IMG/VR virus record: IMGVR_UViG_2706795941_000001
Coordinates: 10,074 to 74,073 of that record
From: a virus
Taxonomy: Duplodnaviria > Caudoviricetes
Length of the DNA stretch: 64,000 nt
Direction: 5' to 3' (one strand)
A program made the position numbers and the translations under genes. Of the stretch, positions 1-9,730 are shown in pieces; the stretch's first letter is position 1, and each line of letters opens with the position of its first letter. Below the pieces are notes generated by a model, which saw nothing but the letters and a program-made list of their open reading frames with translations, did no database searches and was not told the origin of the DNA.

Positions 1-2
1 AT

Positions 3-599
3 GACTACGGCTTCGACATTGACATGGTGACCATCGACGGCTTCAACTCGATGGACTTCATTCAGCAGTTGCGTCGCAACAAGATCAAGTCTGACTATCT
101 ATCCGTAGACAAGAACAAGGCGCCGTACGAAGACTTGCGCGACATCATCCACGAGGGTCGTGCGGAGTTCCCCTTCTACATGGTGCCGAACAAGCGCAGT
201 GATACAGCGCTGACGAACATCGCATACAAGGAGTTGTCCGAGGTTCGCGATGTGGGTCGAAAGATTGATCACCCAGTCGACGGGTCCAAGGATGTATCGG
301 ACTCGATGGCCGGCGTCTCGCACGTGTTGATCAGCAACAGCAAGTACATTCGCGAGGCTCGAACTGTTGAACCAGATGACAATGATCGACCGCGTGAGCG
401 CGTGGTGGAGAACGTCGACGAGTTGTTCAGCGACTTCGATGTAGACAATGCGACTCTTGAGCAGGGCGCCACGTTCAAGCCGGTGTCGTTTGAAGACTTC
501 AAGCGCAACGAGAATGGACTTCCATCTATGGAGGATCTAGCTCGCATGATGAACGGCAACGGAACTCCAGGCTTTCCTGTGGGAGAGAAGCTACTCTAA
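3..599 (+). CDS. Terminase large subunit, C-terminal part (5' truncated by window)
   Basis: Frame open from base 3 (DYGFDIDMVTIDGFNSMDFIQQLR); KIDHPVDGSKDVSDSMAGV resembles terminase nuclease C-termini; directly upstream of portal. Confidence 0.85.
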   Translation, partial: DYGFDIDMVTIDGFNSMDFIQQLRRNKIKSDYLSVDKNKAPYEDLRDIIHEGRAEFPFYMVPNKRSDTALTNIAYKELSEVRDVGRKIDHPVDGSKDVSDSMAGVSHVLISNSKYIREARTVEPDDNDRPRERVVENVDELFSDFDVDNATLEQGATFKPVSFEDFKRNENGLPSMEDLARMMNGNGTPGFPVGEKLL

Positions 600-611
600 T
601 GAGTGGTGTGC

Positions 612-638
612 TCGACAGGGTACTCCTGATGGTATAAT
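612..638 (+). promoter_or_regulatory. SigA-type promoter with extended -10 (TGG-TATAAT) upstream of portal
   Basis: gatggTATAAT (TATAAT 633-638) in terminase-portal intergenic gap; only a weak -35 (TCGACA). Confidence 0.6.
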
Positions 639-706
639 GTGCTGCCCTAAATCAAGGCGTCGTTTCGCAACAGTGCGATCCCTCGTCAAAGGTTTAGGAG
701 AGCCCG

Positions 707-2452
707 TTGAGCATGCCGCAGCTGTTTGGCCCCAATGGCCAGTCGATGCAGCAATACCTGGAGTCCAAGGAGTTCGCGGGTCGCCCGCGCAACCCGAAGC
801 CTATCGTCGGAGATGCGTTCTCTGATTGGGCGGGAATGTCGAAAGACTTCCTGCACCTACCCGGCGGTGGTGCGATTCAGTTCGACACCTCGCGTCTTAC
901 CATGGCGGACTTCCGTCGCATGTCTGAGCATTACCAGATCGCGTCGAGTATCTATGTGCTGACGTTCATGTTGCACCAGCTCGATTGGAAGCTCGAGGGC
1001 GACGACAAGAAGGTCAACGACTGGTGCTCCTACAACCTCGAGTTGGTGTGGACGCGACTGGTGCGCTCGTTCAGTTCTGCGTTCACGTTCGGCTTCAGTG
1101 CTAACGCGGTGGAGTGGGAGAACGATTCCAACGAGGGTAAGCTCCGCATGAACAAGATCAAGGATCTTGTTCCCGACGAGTGCGAAGTGAATTGGAAGTA
1201 TGTCAAGTCTTCACTCAAGAGTGAGTCGGGGCTTACCCCTGCGCCCGACGTTCCGATCTTCGATGGCATCAAGAAGCGTGGTTCGATCTACAAGGTGCCG
1301 GTTGAGAACTCCCTGTGGTACCCGCTGCTCATGCGCCACGGCAACTACTACGGCACGCGACTTCTTCGCACCGCGTTCCAGCCGTGGTTCTTCTCGAGCC
1401 TCATCCATCTGTACCAGAACAAGTACTTCGAGCGCTTCGGCGAGCCGGTGCCGATCGGTCGCGCGCCCTACACTGACAAGGTGAAGGTGGGCAACAAGAC
1501 CGTGCATGGCTACGAGCTCATGTCGAACATTCTCGGAAACATCAGGGCTCGGTCCGCGGTGGTGCTGCCGAACTCGCGTAGCAAAGAGGGCATGAATGAT
1601 CAGCCCGAGTTCGACTACCAGGTCGAATACCTGGAGTCGCAGATGCGCGGCGCGGACTTCGAGCGCTACCTCACCCGCCTGGACGAGGAGATGAGCCTTG
1701 CACTCTTTACACCCCTACTGCTGCTGCGGACTGCCGATGCAGGTGGATTCAACCAGGGGATCGCTCACACTCAGGTGTACCAATGGATGCTCAACGCAGT
1801 ATCGGGCGACTGGGCCGAGTATATCGACAAGTACGTTCTGCGGCCAATGGCTATCTATAACTTCGGGCCTAAGGCAAAACTTCCCCGAATCAAGTTCCGT
1901 AAGCTCGGTACCGCCCAGCAGGAGACGCTGCGCGCAATCGTCCAGTCCCTGATCTCCAAGGACAAGGTGATGCCCGACATCACGGAGCTCGGGCAGCACA
2001 TCGGACTCTCGCTTGAAGAGGTTGAGCAGGTCATGGAGAAGAATCCCGACGACGCTGGCATTCATCCTGAACAAGATGACGACCCGGATGCCGAAGGGGA
2101 TCGTCGCAGTGGTCGGCCGGAACGGCTCAAGGATGAAGACCTCAAGCCCGGTGCCACCACAAAGCAGATCACGCAGCGGATACACGAGCAGATCAATCGT
2201 GTGTACAAACTTGATCTATTCAACGAGTGGACTCCTGCTCCAGGATTCAACAAGCAACTAGCCGCCGAACTACAAGCAAACGGCCACCCGGACGCACGGC
2301 GGGCGGCAACGGCGTTCACCGGCGCGGCCATCACCGCGATGACCGACGCAGCAAGGCTGGGCACGAAAGCCTTTCCCACGGCGGATGCAATGAAGGATTA
2401 CGCCACCAAGATTCTCGAGTCCGAAACGGAGAAGCTCTATGCCTCTGCCTGA
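707..2452 (+). CDS. Portal protein (DUF935/Mu gp29-like)
   Basis: 581 aa after terminase; YFERFGEPVPIGR, HTQVYQWMLNAVSGDWAEYIDKYVLRPM..YNFG pattern typical of DUF935 portals. Confidence 0.85.
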   Translation: MSMPQLFGPNGQSMQQYLESKEFAGRPRNPKPIVGDAFSDWAGMSKDFLHLPGGGAIQFDTSRLTMADFRRMSEHYQIASSIYVLTFMLHQLDWKLEGDDKKVNDWCSYNLELVWTRLVRSFSSAFTFGFSANAVEWENDSNEGKLRMNKIKDLVPDECEVNWKYVKSSLKSESGLTPAPDVPIFDGIKKRGSIYKVPVENSLWYPLLMRHGNYYGTRLLRTAFQPWFFSSLIHLYQNKYFERFGEPVPIGRAPYTDKVKVGNKTVHGYELMSNILGNIRARSAVVLPNSRSKEGMNDQPEFDYQVEYLESQMRGADFERYLTRLDEEMSLALFTPLLLLRTADAGGFNQGIAHTQVYQWMLNAVSGDWAEYIDKYVLRPMAIYNFGPKAKLPRIKFRKLGTAQQETLRAIVQSLISKDKVMPDITELGQHIGLSLEEVEQVMEKNPDDAGIHPEQDDDPDAEGDRRSGRPERLKDEDLKPGATTKQITQRIHEQINRVYKLDLFNEWTPAPGFNKQLAAELQANGHPDARRAATAFTGAAITAMTDAARLGTKAFPTADAMKDYATKILESETEKLYASA

Positions 2453-4832
2453 GATCACACTCGACCCCACCGAGTACGGCACCGTCACCTGGACGGGCCT
2501 CATCTCCAGGATCGACTCAGTGGTGGACCCCGACGACCTGCCCGACAAGTCCCCCGTCACGGGCAGTATCATCTTCAAGCCCAGCGCTGGCGCACTCAAG
2601 TTCCTCGGCGCGAGCCCCGTGTTCACGATGTTCTTGATTGACAGAACAGTGAACATCGTCGATGCTCAGGTTGATGAGCAGGGTCGCAAGTACATCAAGC
2701 TCGAATCGAACTCTGCACACTCCACACCCGAAGCGTTCACGTGGACTGCGGTGTTCAACCTGGAGTACGAGGGCAAGATCATCCGGGTGCCGGATGCCAA
2801 GTTCTCCTTGCAGCCGGGTCAGGTGCTCGACCTGTCGACTGTCATCTCGTCCGCCGAGGTTACCTACTACACACCGATGCAGCTCTCGGCTGCGGTGGCG
2901 GCGCGTGAGGGCGCAGAGGCTGCGCGCGATGAGACGGTCACCATCAAGGATGAAGTCGTCGAGGTTGCCGACACTGTCGACGCAAAGATCGGGGCTATTC
3001 CGATCACCGCCTTGCCGGAAGCAGTATCGGACGCCCGGTACTCGCCGCGCATTCCGACGTATCAGGCGCAGCTATTGGGTCAGGCGATGAAGAAGCTTCG
3101 CTTGGGGCAGGCCGTCAAGATCGTTTGTCGTGGTGACTCGACTACTTACGGTCACGACACCGTCTCGTCTGATAGGGTGCCAGCACCCGACGTGACCTTG
3201 CCGGACGGCACGAAGCCGACGTTCACTCGTTCGCCAGTTCCGTTTCCGCAGGCGATGCAAAACTTTCTGAATCAGACCTATGGCGAGATTGTCACGGTCG
3301 AGAATCAGGGACACTCCGGTGACTGGGTTCAGCGCGGCATGACTCGCTGGCTCAATAACGTCAACGCTGACATCACGGTGATCAGCTACGGCATCAATGA
3401 TGCACTCTCGACCGGTGTGCCCGTCGAGATTCGTGGCAACATCGCTTCGTACATCGAAGCCACAGAGCGGATGATTCTTCGCGACCTTGCGTGGGGATCG
3501 GCCGTGGTTCTCATGGCTCCGATCCGCCAGCGTGGACCTGTAGGCAGCCCCGACGTGGACGCTTACCGCAACGCGCTGCGAGGGTTGGCGGACTCGTACG
3601 GCATCCCACTGATCGAGACCGAAGAGTTCTTAATCACCGCGCCGTGGGATTGCTGGTCCGATGGAAATCATCTCAACACCAAGGGCAACGGGATCATGGG
3701 CGCTCGGCTCGCCGCGCTGTTCATTGGCGAGGGTCCACTCAAGAAGAACATCGTCGAGCCCGGCTCCAAGCTACTCGGACGCCCGACGCTGGATAATGTT
3801 GTTCTTCGAGGCGCAATACAGACGACCTCTACAGGCTTTAAGACTCCTCGCGATGAGTCCGCGATGCAGGCCGGACTCGCTGTGGGCTTCCAGGGCGGAG
3901 GCACCACTGCCCTGGATGGTGTTGCAACTTGGTCGTTCTATACCGAGTCTCCAGATGTTGTGCTGATTCCGTGGTCTTACATCAACGCAGACTATGCCGG
4001 CGAGACCGGTGCGCAGATCTCTTACGAGCTCGACTTCGCCGTTGAGCAGGGGCAGAATTACAATGGTGAGGTTGTGAGCCCCGGCGTTAGTGGTAACGGA
4101 ACACTGTCTCCGAGCTGGAAGATACATGGTCCATTTGCCACAGGCCAGGTCTCTAGCTACATGAGTGACCCGGTGACGAATCCGTTGGCAATCAGGGTGT
4201 CGACTCCAGGGTGGCATACGATTCGAGCAATATTCCACCGAACGGTTACTCAAGCGGTCGCTGTCACGCACATGATCGAGGCGATGGATTGGCGCACCTA
4301 TCAGGAGATTCGCAAGCCTATTGATTTCACGCCTGTTACGAACTCACTCCAGGCGGTCAATGTTCCGGTTCCTTCGTATTACAATGAAAGTGCAGACATA
4401 ACGGTCACGAAGATTGGTTGGCCAGCTCTTCTTCAGGCCCTTTCAGTTAAGTCATGGGGGGTGAGCTACTATTCCGCTCCCATCGTAAAGCTTACACTTA
4501 GGACGTACGGAGTTGGCGTTATCGAGTATGCATTTTTGTGTACTCAGCGACCTGATCAGGCCGGAGCCGATATAGCCCAGAGGTCTGTTGACAGCTATGC
4601 GGCATCTGAAGGTTCATCTGCTATACCATTTCTCAAAAAGCTTGGGCCGGGGTTCTCAACAATTGCCGGCGGGGCTGCTCCCGAGGTTAGCACAAGTGCT
4701 CGAGAGATTGCTTACCTTTCGTACGAGGCTGCAACCCAATCGCTGGTGTTCACCTGGCGCACGCAGAACTCTGGAGATTCAACGGCAAAGTATCTCAGGA
4801 AGAACTTCTTGATGACATTCTCGCTGCTCTGA
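2439..4832 (+). CDS. Probable virion fibre-like protein with SGNH/GDSL esterase domain
   Basis: 797 aa; SGNH blocks GDSTTYG, NQGHSG, SYGIND, DGNH; N-terminus (DSVVDPDDLPD..P..G.IIFKP) resembles actinophage minor tail/fibre anchors. Confidence 0.75.
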   Translation: MPLPEITLDPTEYGTVTWTGLISRIDSVVDPDDLPDKSPVTGSIIFKPSAGALKFLGASPVFTMFLIDRTVNIVDAQVDEQGRKYIKLESNSAHSTPEAFTWTAVFNLEYEGKIIRVPDAKFSLQPGQVLDLSTVISSAEVTYYTPMQLSAAVAAREGAEAARDETVTIKDEVVEVADTVDAKIGAIPITALPEAVSDARYSPRIPTYQAQLLGQAMKKLRLGQAVKIVCRGDSTTYGHDTVSSDRVPAPDVTLPDGTKPTFTRSPVPFPQAMQNFLNQTYGEIVTVENQGHSGDWVQRGMTRWLNNVNADITVISYGINDALSTGVPVEIRGNIASYIEATERMILRDLAWGSAVVLMAPIRQRGPVGSPDVDAYRNALRGLADSYGIPLIETEEFLITAPWDCWSDGNHLNTKGNGIMGARLAALFIGEGPLKKNIVEPGSKLLGRPTLDNVVLRGAIQTTSTGFKTPRDESAMQAGLAVGFQGGGTTALDGVATWSFYTESPDVVLIPWSYINADYAGETGAQISYELDFAVEQGQNYNGEVVSPGVSGNGTLSPSWKIHGPFATGQVSSYMSDPVTNPLAIRVSTPGWHTIRAIFHRTVTQAVAVTHMIEAMDWRTYQEIRKPIDFTPVTNSLQAVNVPVPSYYNESADITVTKIGWPALLQALSVKSWGVSYYSAPIVKLTLRTYGVGVIEYAFLCTQRPDQAGADIAQRSVDSYAASEGSSAIPFLKKLGPGFSTIAGGAAPEVSTSAREIAYLSYEAATQSLVFTWRTQNSGDSTAKYLRKNFLMTFSLL

Positions 4833-4854
4833 ATAAACAACAAGAGAGGGTGAC

Positions 4855-5163
4855 ATGAGCACCACGGCAACACAGCACGAACTGAGATGTGACTGTTCAA
4901 GTCACAGGTTACTTGCGCACTACGGGATCGACGAAAACGGCAAGCTGTATGTTCTCGTCGCTTCGTTCCGCAACCGCAAGCCAACCACCAAGATCTTCAG
5001 CAATCACTCTATGAAGATATTCTGCCCTTCGTGCGAGCGCTGGTTCTCTGTGGTGATCAACAACCAGGAGATTTCCAAGCAGGAGATGCGACTACCTCCG
5101 GCACTGCCGGGGGAACGAGTAACAAAAAGAGTAGTGCTGGACAATGGCAAACCGAGGCTGTAG
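4855..5163 (+). CDS. Small Zn-ribbon protein, Mu Com-like
   Basis: 102 aa; LRCDCSSHRLLA...MKIFCPSCERW; RBS gagaggg. Confidence 0.55.
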   Translation: MSTTATQHELRCDCSSHRLLAHYGIDENGKLYVLVASFRNRKPTTKIFSNHSMKIFCPSCERWFSVVINNQEISKQEMRLPPALPGERVTKRVVLDNGKPRL

Positions 5164-5176
5164 GGTACGGTGAATT

Positions 5177-6373
5177 ATGGGCCAAGATACGATGACCACC
5201 GAGCAGGTGCGCAACTGCGTCTTCGTTCGGAACTTGGGGCCAGGGTCATCCCTCTTCGAGAAGAAGAATGCAGCTGGCGAGACCTCGCTGATCATCGAGG
5301 GCAAGCCGATCTTCCGTAGCGGTAACTTCGAGGACAGCAACGGGTTCGCGCACGAGTGGGAAACGCTGCACATGCAGCAGATGTGTGACCACTACACGCT
5401 CCTGAAGGACCGCGAGATCTTCGCGGACATTCCCGTTCGCAAGGGCCACGTCGACTGGGGTGGCATCTTCAGTGATCCCGTCCGCAACGCGATGGACGAG
5501 CTCATCGGGTACATGACGAACTTCCGCACGGAGGATCGCAAGAACCCGACGGATGGTCAGACGTATACCTACCTCCTCGCAGACCTCGAGATCCTCGAGG
5601 AGACCGCGATCAAGAACATCAAGAGCGGTCTGTGGAGGAACGTCTCCGCTGAGATCAGTGGATACCGCACCAACGCTGGGGCAGAGTACTGGCCCGTGAT
5701 GATGGGCGTGGCCTACGTGGACATGCCCGCAGTCGAGGGACTCAAGTCCCAGCATTCCAAGGCAAAGAACAATTTCAGTCTGATCCTGGAGGAAGACGAG
5801 ATGAACACGCAGAACGGCAGCACCGATCAGCAGCAGGCCGCACCCCCCGCGGCACCGGCTGTCCCGCAGAACTTCCAGCAGCCCGCCGCACCGGCGACGC
5901 CGTTCCAGTTCAAGATCGCCGGCAAGGACACCAGCGACTACGCCGCGGTCCAGGCCCACATCGCCACCCTCGAGTCGCGCAACGAGACGCTCGAGACCGC
6001 GCAGCGTGAACAGTTCCAGGCCAGCAAGGCCGCGTTCGTGAAGTCGCTGGTGGACACCAACAAGCTCGCCGCACCCTCGCTGGACGACACCCTCGACTAC
6101 GCGAAGGATCTCGACGAGACCCAGTTCGCCGCCTGGAAGAAGATGATGGACGGTCTGCCCGTCATCGGCATCACCGGCGCACAGGGTGCGGGTTTCAGCC
6201 AGAGTCACGAGCAGGTCCAGCAGGGAGACCAGACCCAGGACAAGATCGACTCCCTCAAGGGCATCATCTCGATGCATCAGTCGGGTGGCATGTCGCGCGA
6301 TGCGATCATCGAGACCGCCACCTACAAGGAGCTGATCCAGCTCGACAAGACCTACACGCTGCCCACGTTCTAG
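5177..6373 (+). CDS. Capsid maturation protease / scaffolding protein
   Basis: 398 aa before capsid genes; VSAEI...GVAYVDMPAVEGL protease-like N half, low-complexity linker, helical C half. Confidence 0.75.
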   Translation: MGQDTMTTEQVRNCVFVRNLGPGSSLFEKKNAAGETSLIIEGKPIFRSGNFEDSNGFAHEWETLHMQQMCDHYTLLKDREIFADIPVRKGHVDWGGIFSDPVRNAMDELIGYMTNFRTEDRKNPTDGQTYTYLLADLEILEETAIKNIKSGLWRNVSAEISGYRTNAGAEYWPVMMGVAYVDMPAVEGLKSQHSKAKNNFSLILEEDEMNTQNGSTDQQQAAPPAAPAVPQNFQQPAAPATPFQFKIAGKDTSDYAAVQAHIATLESRNETLETAQREQFQASKAAFVKSLVDTNKLAAPSLDDTLDYAKDLDETQFAAWKKMMDGLPVIGITGAQGAGFSQSHEQVQQGDQTQDKIDSLKGIISMHQSGGMSRDAIIETATYKELIQLDKTYTLPTF

Positions 6374-6415
6374 TCCTCCCCGTCACCCGACGAATCAACA
6401 GAAGGAAGAATCACA

Positions 6416-6883
6416 ATGGCTGACTTCGTGAGTGGTCGCGAGGACTACGCGACTCACGGCAAGCGACAGATCCTCCGGCACGCGCAGCCCGGTTCCTACA
6501 ACGTCCAGCCCAAGACCATCTCGCACGCCGCGTTCCCCACAGAGGAGATCGACGGCCACGAGCAGAAGGTCCTGAACGAGGGCGAGGTGCTGGTGGCACT
6601 GACCTCCGGCCCGCAGGCGGGCAAGTGCGTTCCTTTCCAGCTCGATCCGGCAACCCCGTTCACCGACGGTCGCTCTACGCTGGCCAACGTCGTCGGCGTG
6701 TGCAAGGACTACTTCGGCGCGCAGCTGATGGATCGAGATGTCGAGGCCGGCAACCTCGTTCACGGGCACCTGGTGCAGGCCTGGTGCACGATCCGCAATG
6801 CGGACGGCGAGCGGGTGACGTTGCCCAACAACGTCGCCGATGCGCTGCGCGACAAGAAGAACCTCCAGATCCAGTTCTCGTAA
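6416..6883 (+). CDS. Head decoration protein
   Basis: 155 aa immediately before major capsid; strong RBS and GC3 bias. Confidence 0.65.
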   Translation: MADFVSGREDYATHGKRQILRHAQPGSYNVQPKTISHAAFPTEEIDGHEQKVLNEGEVLVALTSGPQAGKCVPFQLDPATPFTDGRSTLANVVGVCKDYFGAQLMDRDVEAGNLVHGHLVQAWCTIRNADGERVTLPNNVADALRDKKNLQIQFS

Positions 6884-6895
6884 GGAGAGACGACC

Positions 6896-8110
6896 GTGAC
6901 CTTCCAAATGTCGGCATTCAACAAGCCGACCACACTCCCCGACGGGCGCTTCGTCGTCAATCAGCCGCTGGATCGACTCGTCCGCAAGGAGGTGATGCTC
7001 GGTGTCATCCGCGAGATCGTCAAGCCCGAGGATCACATCGGACTCCAGCTGTTCCCCTTCTACAACGTGCCGAGCGATGACTACATCTTCTCGTACGTCA
7101 AGGGTTTGACCACCGGCCTGGCCCCGGCCATCTCCGAGTCGGCCGAATCGGAACTCGCCCAGAAGGATTCGGGCTTGTCCGGACAGGGCCGCGCGTCGCT
7201 CATCGACTGGCGGCTCAAGGATCACTACGACGCAGCCGATGTGCAGCGGTTCGTGGACATCCAGATGCTCGCCGAGTCCGGCGCGCTCGGCCCCGGCGGT
7301 CTGCCCAGCTCGCTGCAGGGTGACCTCAACCAGTTCCCCGAGCGGGTCGCACGAGACACCGTCGAGCGTCGGCGTCGCCTCGACAACCGAATGGAATGGC
7401 TGCACATGCAGTCCATCTCCAACGGCGGCGTCGCTTACAACGATGGCAACATCAGTTTCGCCGTCGACTGGAAGCGTCCCGCCGACCAGCACGCCCAGGC
7501 GCCGCTGGCCTCGCCGGACAACCGCTACGACACCGACACGCATGACCCGATCAACGACATCAACAAGATCAAGCGACTCATGTATGACCGCTACGGCGTC
7601 ATCATGGACCGCGCGATCTGCTCGAACAAGTTCCTGTTGTCTCTGATCAACTCGAGCAAGTTCATCGTCCGTGCGGGTATGGGAGTCGCCGGCTCGACCG
7701 GAGCACCCGAGGCATCGGACCTGCCCTACGTCGTCAACAACTGGGGACCGCAGGTCGCCATCGACCTCGTCAAGGCGCAGACCGGCATCGAGTTCATCGA
7801 GTACGACTCGGGCTACCGCAGCAAGAACCCGTTCGATCCCTACGGCGCGGTGACCTTCAACCGCTACCTGCCGGAGAACCGGGTCATCTTCCTGCCGTCC
7901 GAGGCCAGCATCCGCGAGTTCGATTCGAGCCCGATCGGGTTCGGCAAGATGATGACCTCGCCGCACACCATGGGCAACAACGCGCCCGGCTTCTACGACT
8001 GGGAGCAGGAGACCACCGATCCCTGGGGCCGCAACATCGGCACCGGCATCAAGGCCTTCCCGCTGTTCCCGCACATGGAGCTGTCCTACACCATGGACGT
8101 GGTTCTGTAA
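6896..8110 (+). CDS. Major capsid protein (lambda E-like family)
   Basis: 404 aa, very high GC3, RBS aaggag; RRRLDNRMEW, VDWKRP, PF..MELSYTMDV. Confidence 0.85.
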   Translation: MTFQMSAFNKPTTLPDGRFVVNQPLDRLVRKEVMLGVIREIVKPEDHIGLQLFPFYNVPSDDYIFSYVKGLTTGLAPAISESAESELAQKDSGLSGQGRASLIDWRLKDHYDAADVQRFVDIQMLAESGALGPGGLPSSLQGDLNQFPERVARDTVERRRRLDNRMEWLHMQSISNGGVAYNDGNISFAVDWKRPADQHAQAPLASPDNRYDTDTHDPINDINKIKRLMYDRYGVIMDRAICSNKFLLSLINSSKFIVRAGMGVAGSTGAPEASDLPYVVNNWGPQVAIDLVKAQTGIEFIEYDSGYRSKNPFDPYGAVTFNRYLPENRVIFLPSEASIREFDSSPIGFGKMMTSPHTMGNNAPGFYDWEQETTDPWGRNIGTGIKAFPLFPHMELSYTMDVVL

Positions 8111-8147
8111 TCTTTCCGGAGACGTTCGGAAGGGAAGGAGATCGGAC

Positions 8148-8339
8148 ATGGCCAGCGGAAGCACGGTCGTTCTGAAGAAGAAGGGTGATCGGGGTGGGGT
8201 GAACCCCGGCAGCGGAAACGGTGCCGGGAAGCTTCCCTACAACGCGATCACCGGCGGTCAGTCCGGAGCGAATCCGGTCCAGACCCGAGCCAACATGCAG
8301 GGCCACCTGCGTCGCGTGATCGGGTACGGTCAGCACTGA
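8148..8339 (+). CDS. Hypothetical small Gly-rich protein
   Basis: 63 aa, RBS aaggag, coding-like bias. Confidence 0.6.
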   Translation: MASGSTVVLKKKGDRGGVNPGSGNGAGKLPYNAITGGQSGANPVQTRANMQGHLRRVIGYGQH

Positions 8340-8347
8340 CCCCCATT

Positions 8348-8392
8348 CGTCCCTGGCACGGGCTGATCCCCTTGCCGCCCGTGCCAGGGACG
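8348..8392 (+). terminator. Perfect 16-bp inverted repeat (terminator/attenuator-like)
   Basis: cgtccctggcacgggc / gcccgtgccagggacg with 13-nt loop; no U-tract. Confidence 0.6.
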
Positions 8393-8426
8393 CACCACAC
8401 TTCGAGCTTTGAGAGGAGGAAACACA

Positions 8427-8717
8427 ATGGCAGATGACACCAAGTCCGGAGTCCTCGAGGGCGACGAGACCTTCGTCGGCGTCGATCCGATCTATGCGAA
8501 CGCAGCGGTTGCGACCGATGCCCCGCAGTATCCGGAGGGCGACCCCGACGAGCTCGAGAAGTACGAACGCTTCAGCGAGGTGCCGGAACCGGAGACGGTC
8601 AGCAACTACGCCTCGAAGAAGAAGGCCGAGCCCAAGTCGGAGGCCAAGGAAGAGGAGCCGGTCCAGGAGACCAAGCCCTCGACCCCGCCGCCCCCGCCCG
8701 CCGCGCCGCAGAAGTAG
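8427..8717 (+). CDS. Hypothetical acidic/Pro-rich head-associated protein
   Basis: ATG 8427 after gaggagg RBS; 96 aa. Confidence 0.65.
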   Translation: MADDTKSGVLEGDETFVGVDPIYANAAVATDAPQYPEGDPDELEKYERFSEVPEPETVSNYASKKKAEPKSEAKEEEPVQETKPSTPPPPPAAPQK

Positions 8718-8726
8718 GAGACCAAG

Positions 8727-9227
8727 ATGGCCCGTCCAGCTTACACCGACGAGGATTCAGTCAAGACCCACCTTCGTAACGTTCGCCTCCAAGCGGGCGT
8801 CACATACGAGGGCATGATCGAAGCCGCGTCAAACGAGGTGGACGGGCATCTTGGTACCCGATACAAGACCCCCATCGACGTCGAGGTCTCGGACCCAACC
8901 CAGACCACCGCCGCCTACTGGCTGAGTAACGTCACCTCCATGATCGCAGCAGGTCGCTACCTCATGGCGACCAGCGCGGGTGGATCGCACGACTCAACTC
9001 ACAACTATGGCAGCTACCTCGTCGGTACTGCCATGGCACTCATTCGCTCCGTCCAGAGTGGCAAGACAGATCTTTCCGGGATCGAGTCACTCGAGGGCGT
9101 TGAAGCTGGTCCAATGATTCTCAACCAAGACGCATACTCGCAGGTCGATCTCTTCTACGACAACATGCACCCGGAAGGTTTCATGCCAGGTCGAATGACT
9201 CGGGGTGACACGCCGTGGCCGAGATAA
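8727..9227 (+). CDS. Head-to-tail adaptor (Mu gp36/DUF1320-like)
   Basis: 166 aa; AASNEVDGHLGTRYKTP motif; position. Confidence 0.7.
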   Translation: MARPAYTDEDSVKTHLRNVRLQAGVTYEGMIEAASNEVDGHLGTRYKTPIDVEVSDPTQTTAAYWLSNVTSMIAAGRYLMATSAGGSHDSTHNYGSYLVGTAMALIRSVQSGKTDLSGIESLEGVEAGPMILNQDAYSQVDLFYDNMHPEGFMPGRMTRGDTPWPR

Positions 9228-9730
9228 GCTACACCGTAGACACGAAGCGAGTTCAGCTTCGTGTCCGCGCAATCGAGCAGCGTATCAACGCCTCGGGTAT
9301 GGCAGCGTTCTTCATGAGTGTGGGAACCAACTACCTTCAGGGTCGCGCGGGTGCGCGGTTCGCTAAAGGTGGCGACGACGCTTCGGGCAAGTGGCAGCCA
9401 CTGTCTCCGCACACGATCCGAGACAAGGTCCAGGGTGGACTCGATCCTCGAATCAATATTCGCACAGGCGCGATGAAGGCTTACCTCGAGAACGCGCCAG
9501 GCTACATCATTGGCGGCGGCGCGAAGGGAACTTCGTTCGGCTGGCCTCGTGCATCTCCTTCTAAAGATATTCAGGACAGGATTCGACTGGCGCAGTTCGG
9601 TAGTGCAGCGCTCGGTATTGATCGAGGAGACGTGGCACGAGATGTGCCTGCACGCCCGGTGATTGCAGCAGATGCAAGCGACATGCTGACCCTCGCCAAA
9701 CTCCTGGATGCATACATCGGGAGTAAGTGA
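9215..9730 (+). CDS. Neck/virion morphogenesis protein (Mu gpG-like)
   Basis: 171 aa; RFAKGGD..GKWQPLS...AQFG...PARP. Confidence 0.7.
   Translation: MAEISYTVDTKRVQLRVRAIEQRINASGMAAFFMSVGTNYLQGRAGARFAKGGDDASGKWQPLSPHTIRDKVQGGLDPRINIRTGAMKAYLENAPGYIIGGGAKGTSFGWPRASPSKDIQDRIRLAQFGSAALGIDRGDVARDVPARPVIAADASDMLTLAKLLDAYIGSK

Noticed and set aside
6395-8164. 589-aa antisense ORF opposite the capsid genes (also 5246-6277, 10199-11914, 12898-14142, 18883-20250, 60556-61719)
   Set aside because: Shadow ORFs expected from strong GC3 bias of the real genes; no RBS or recognisable motifs
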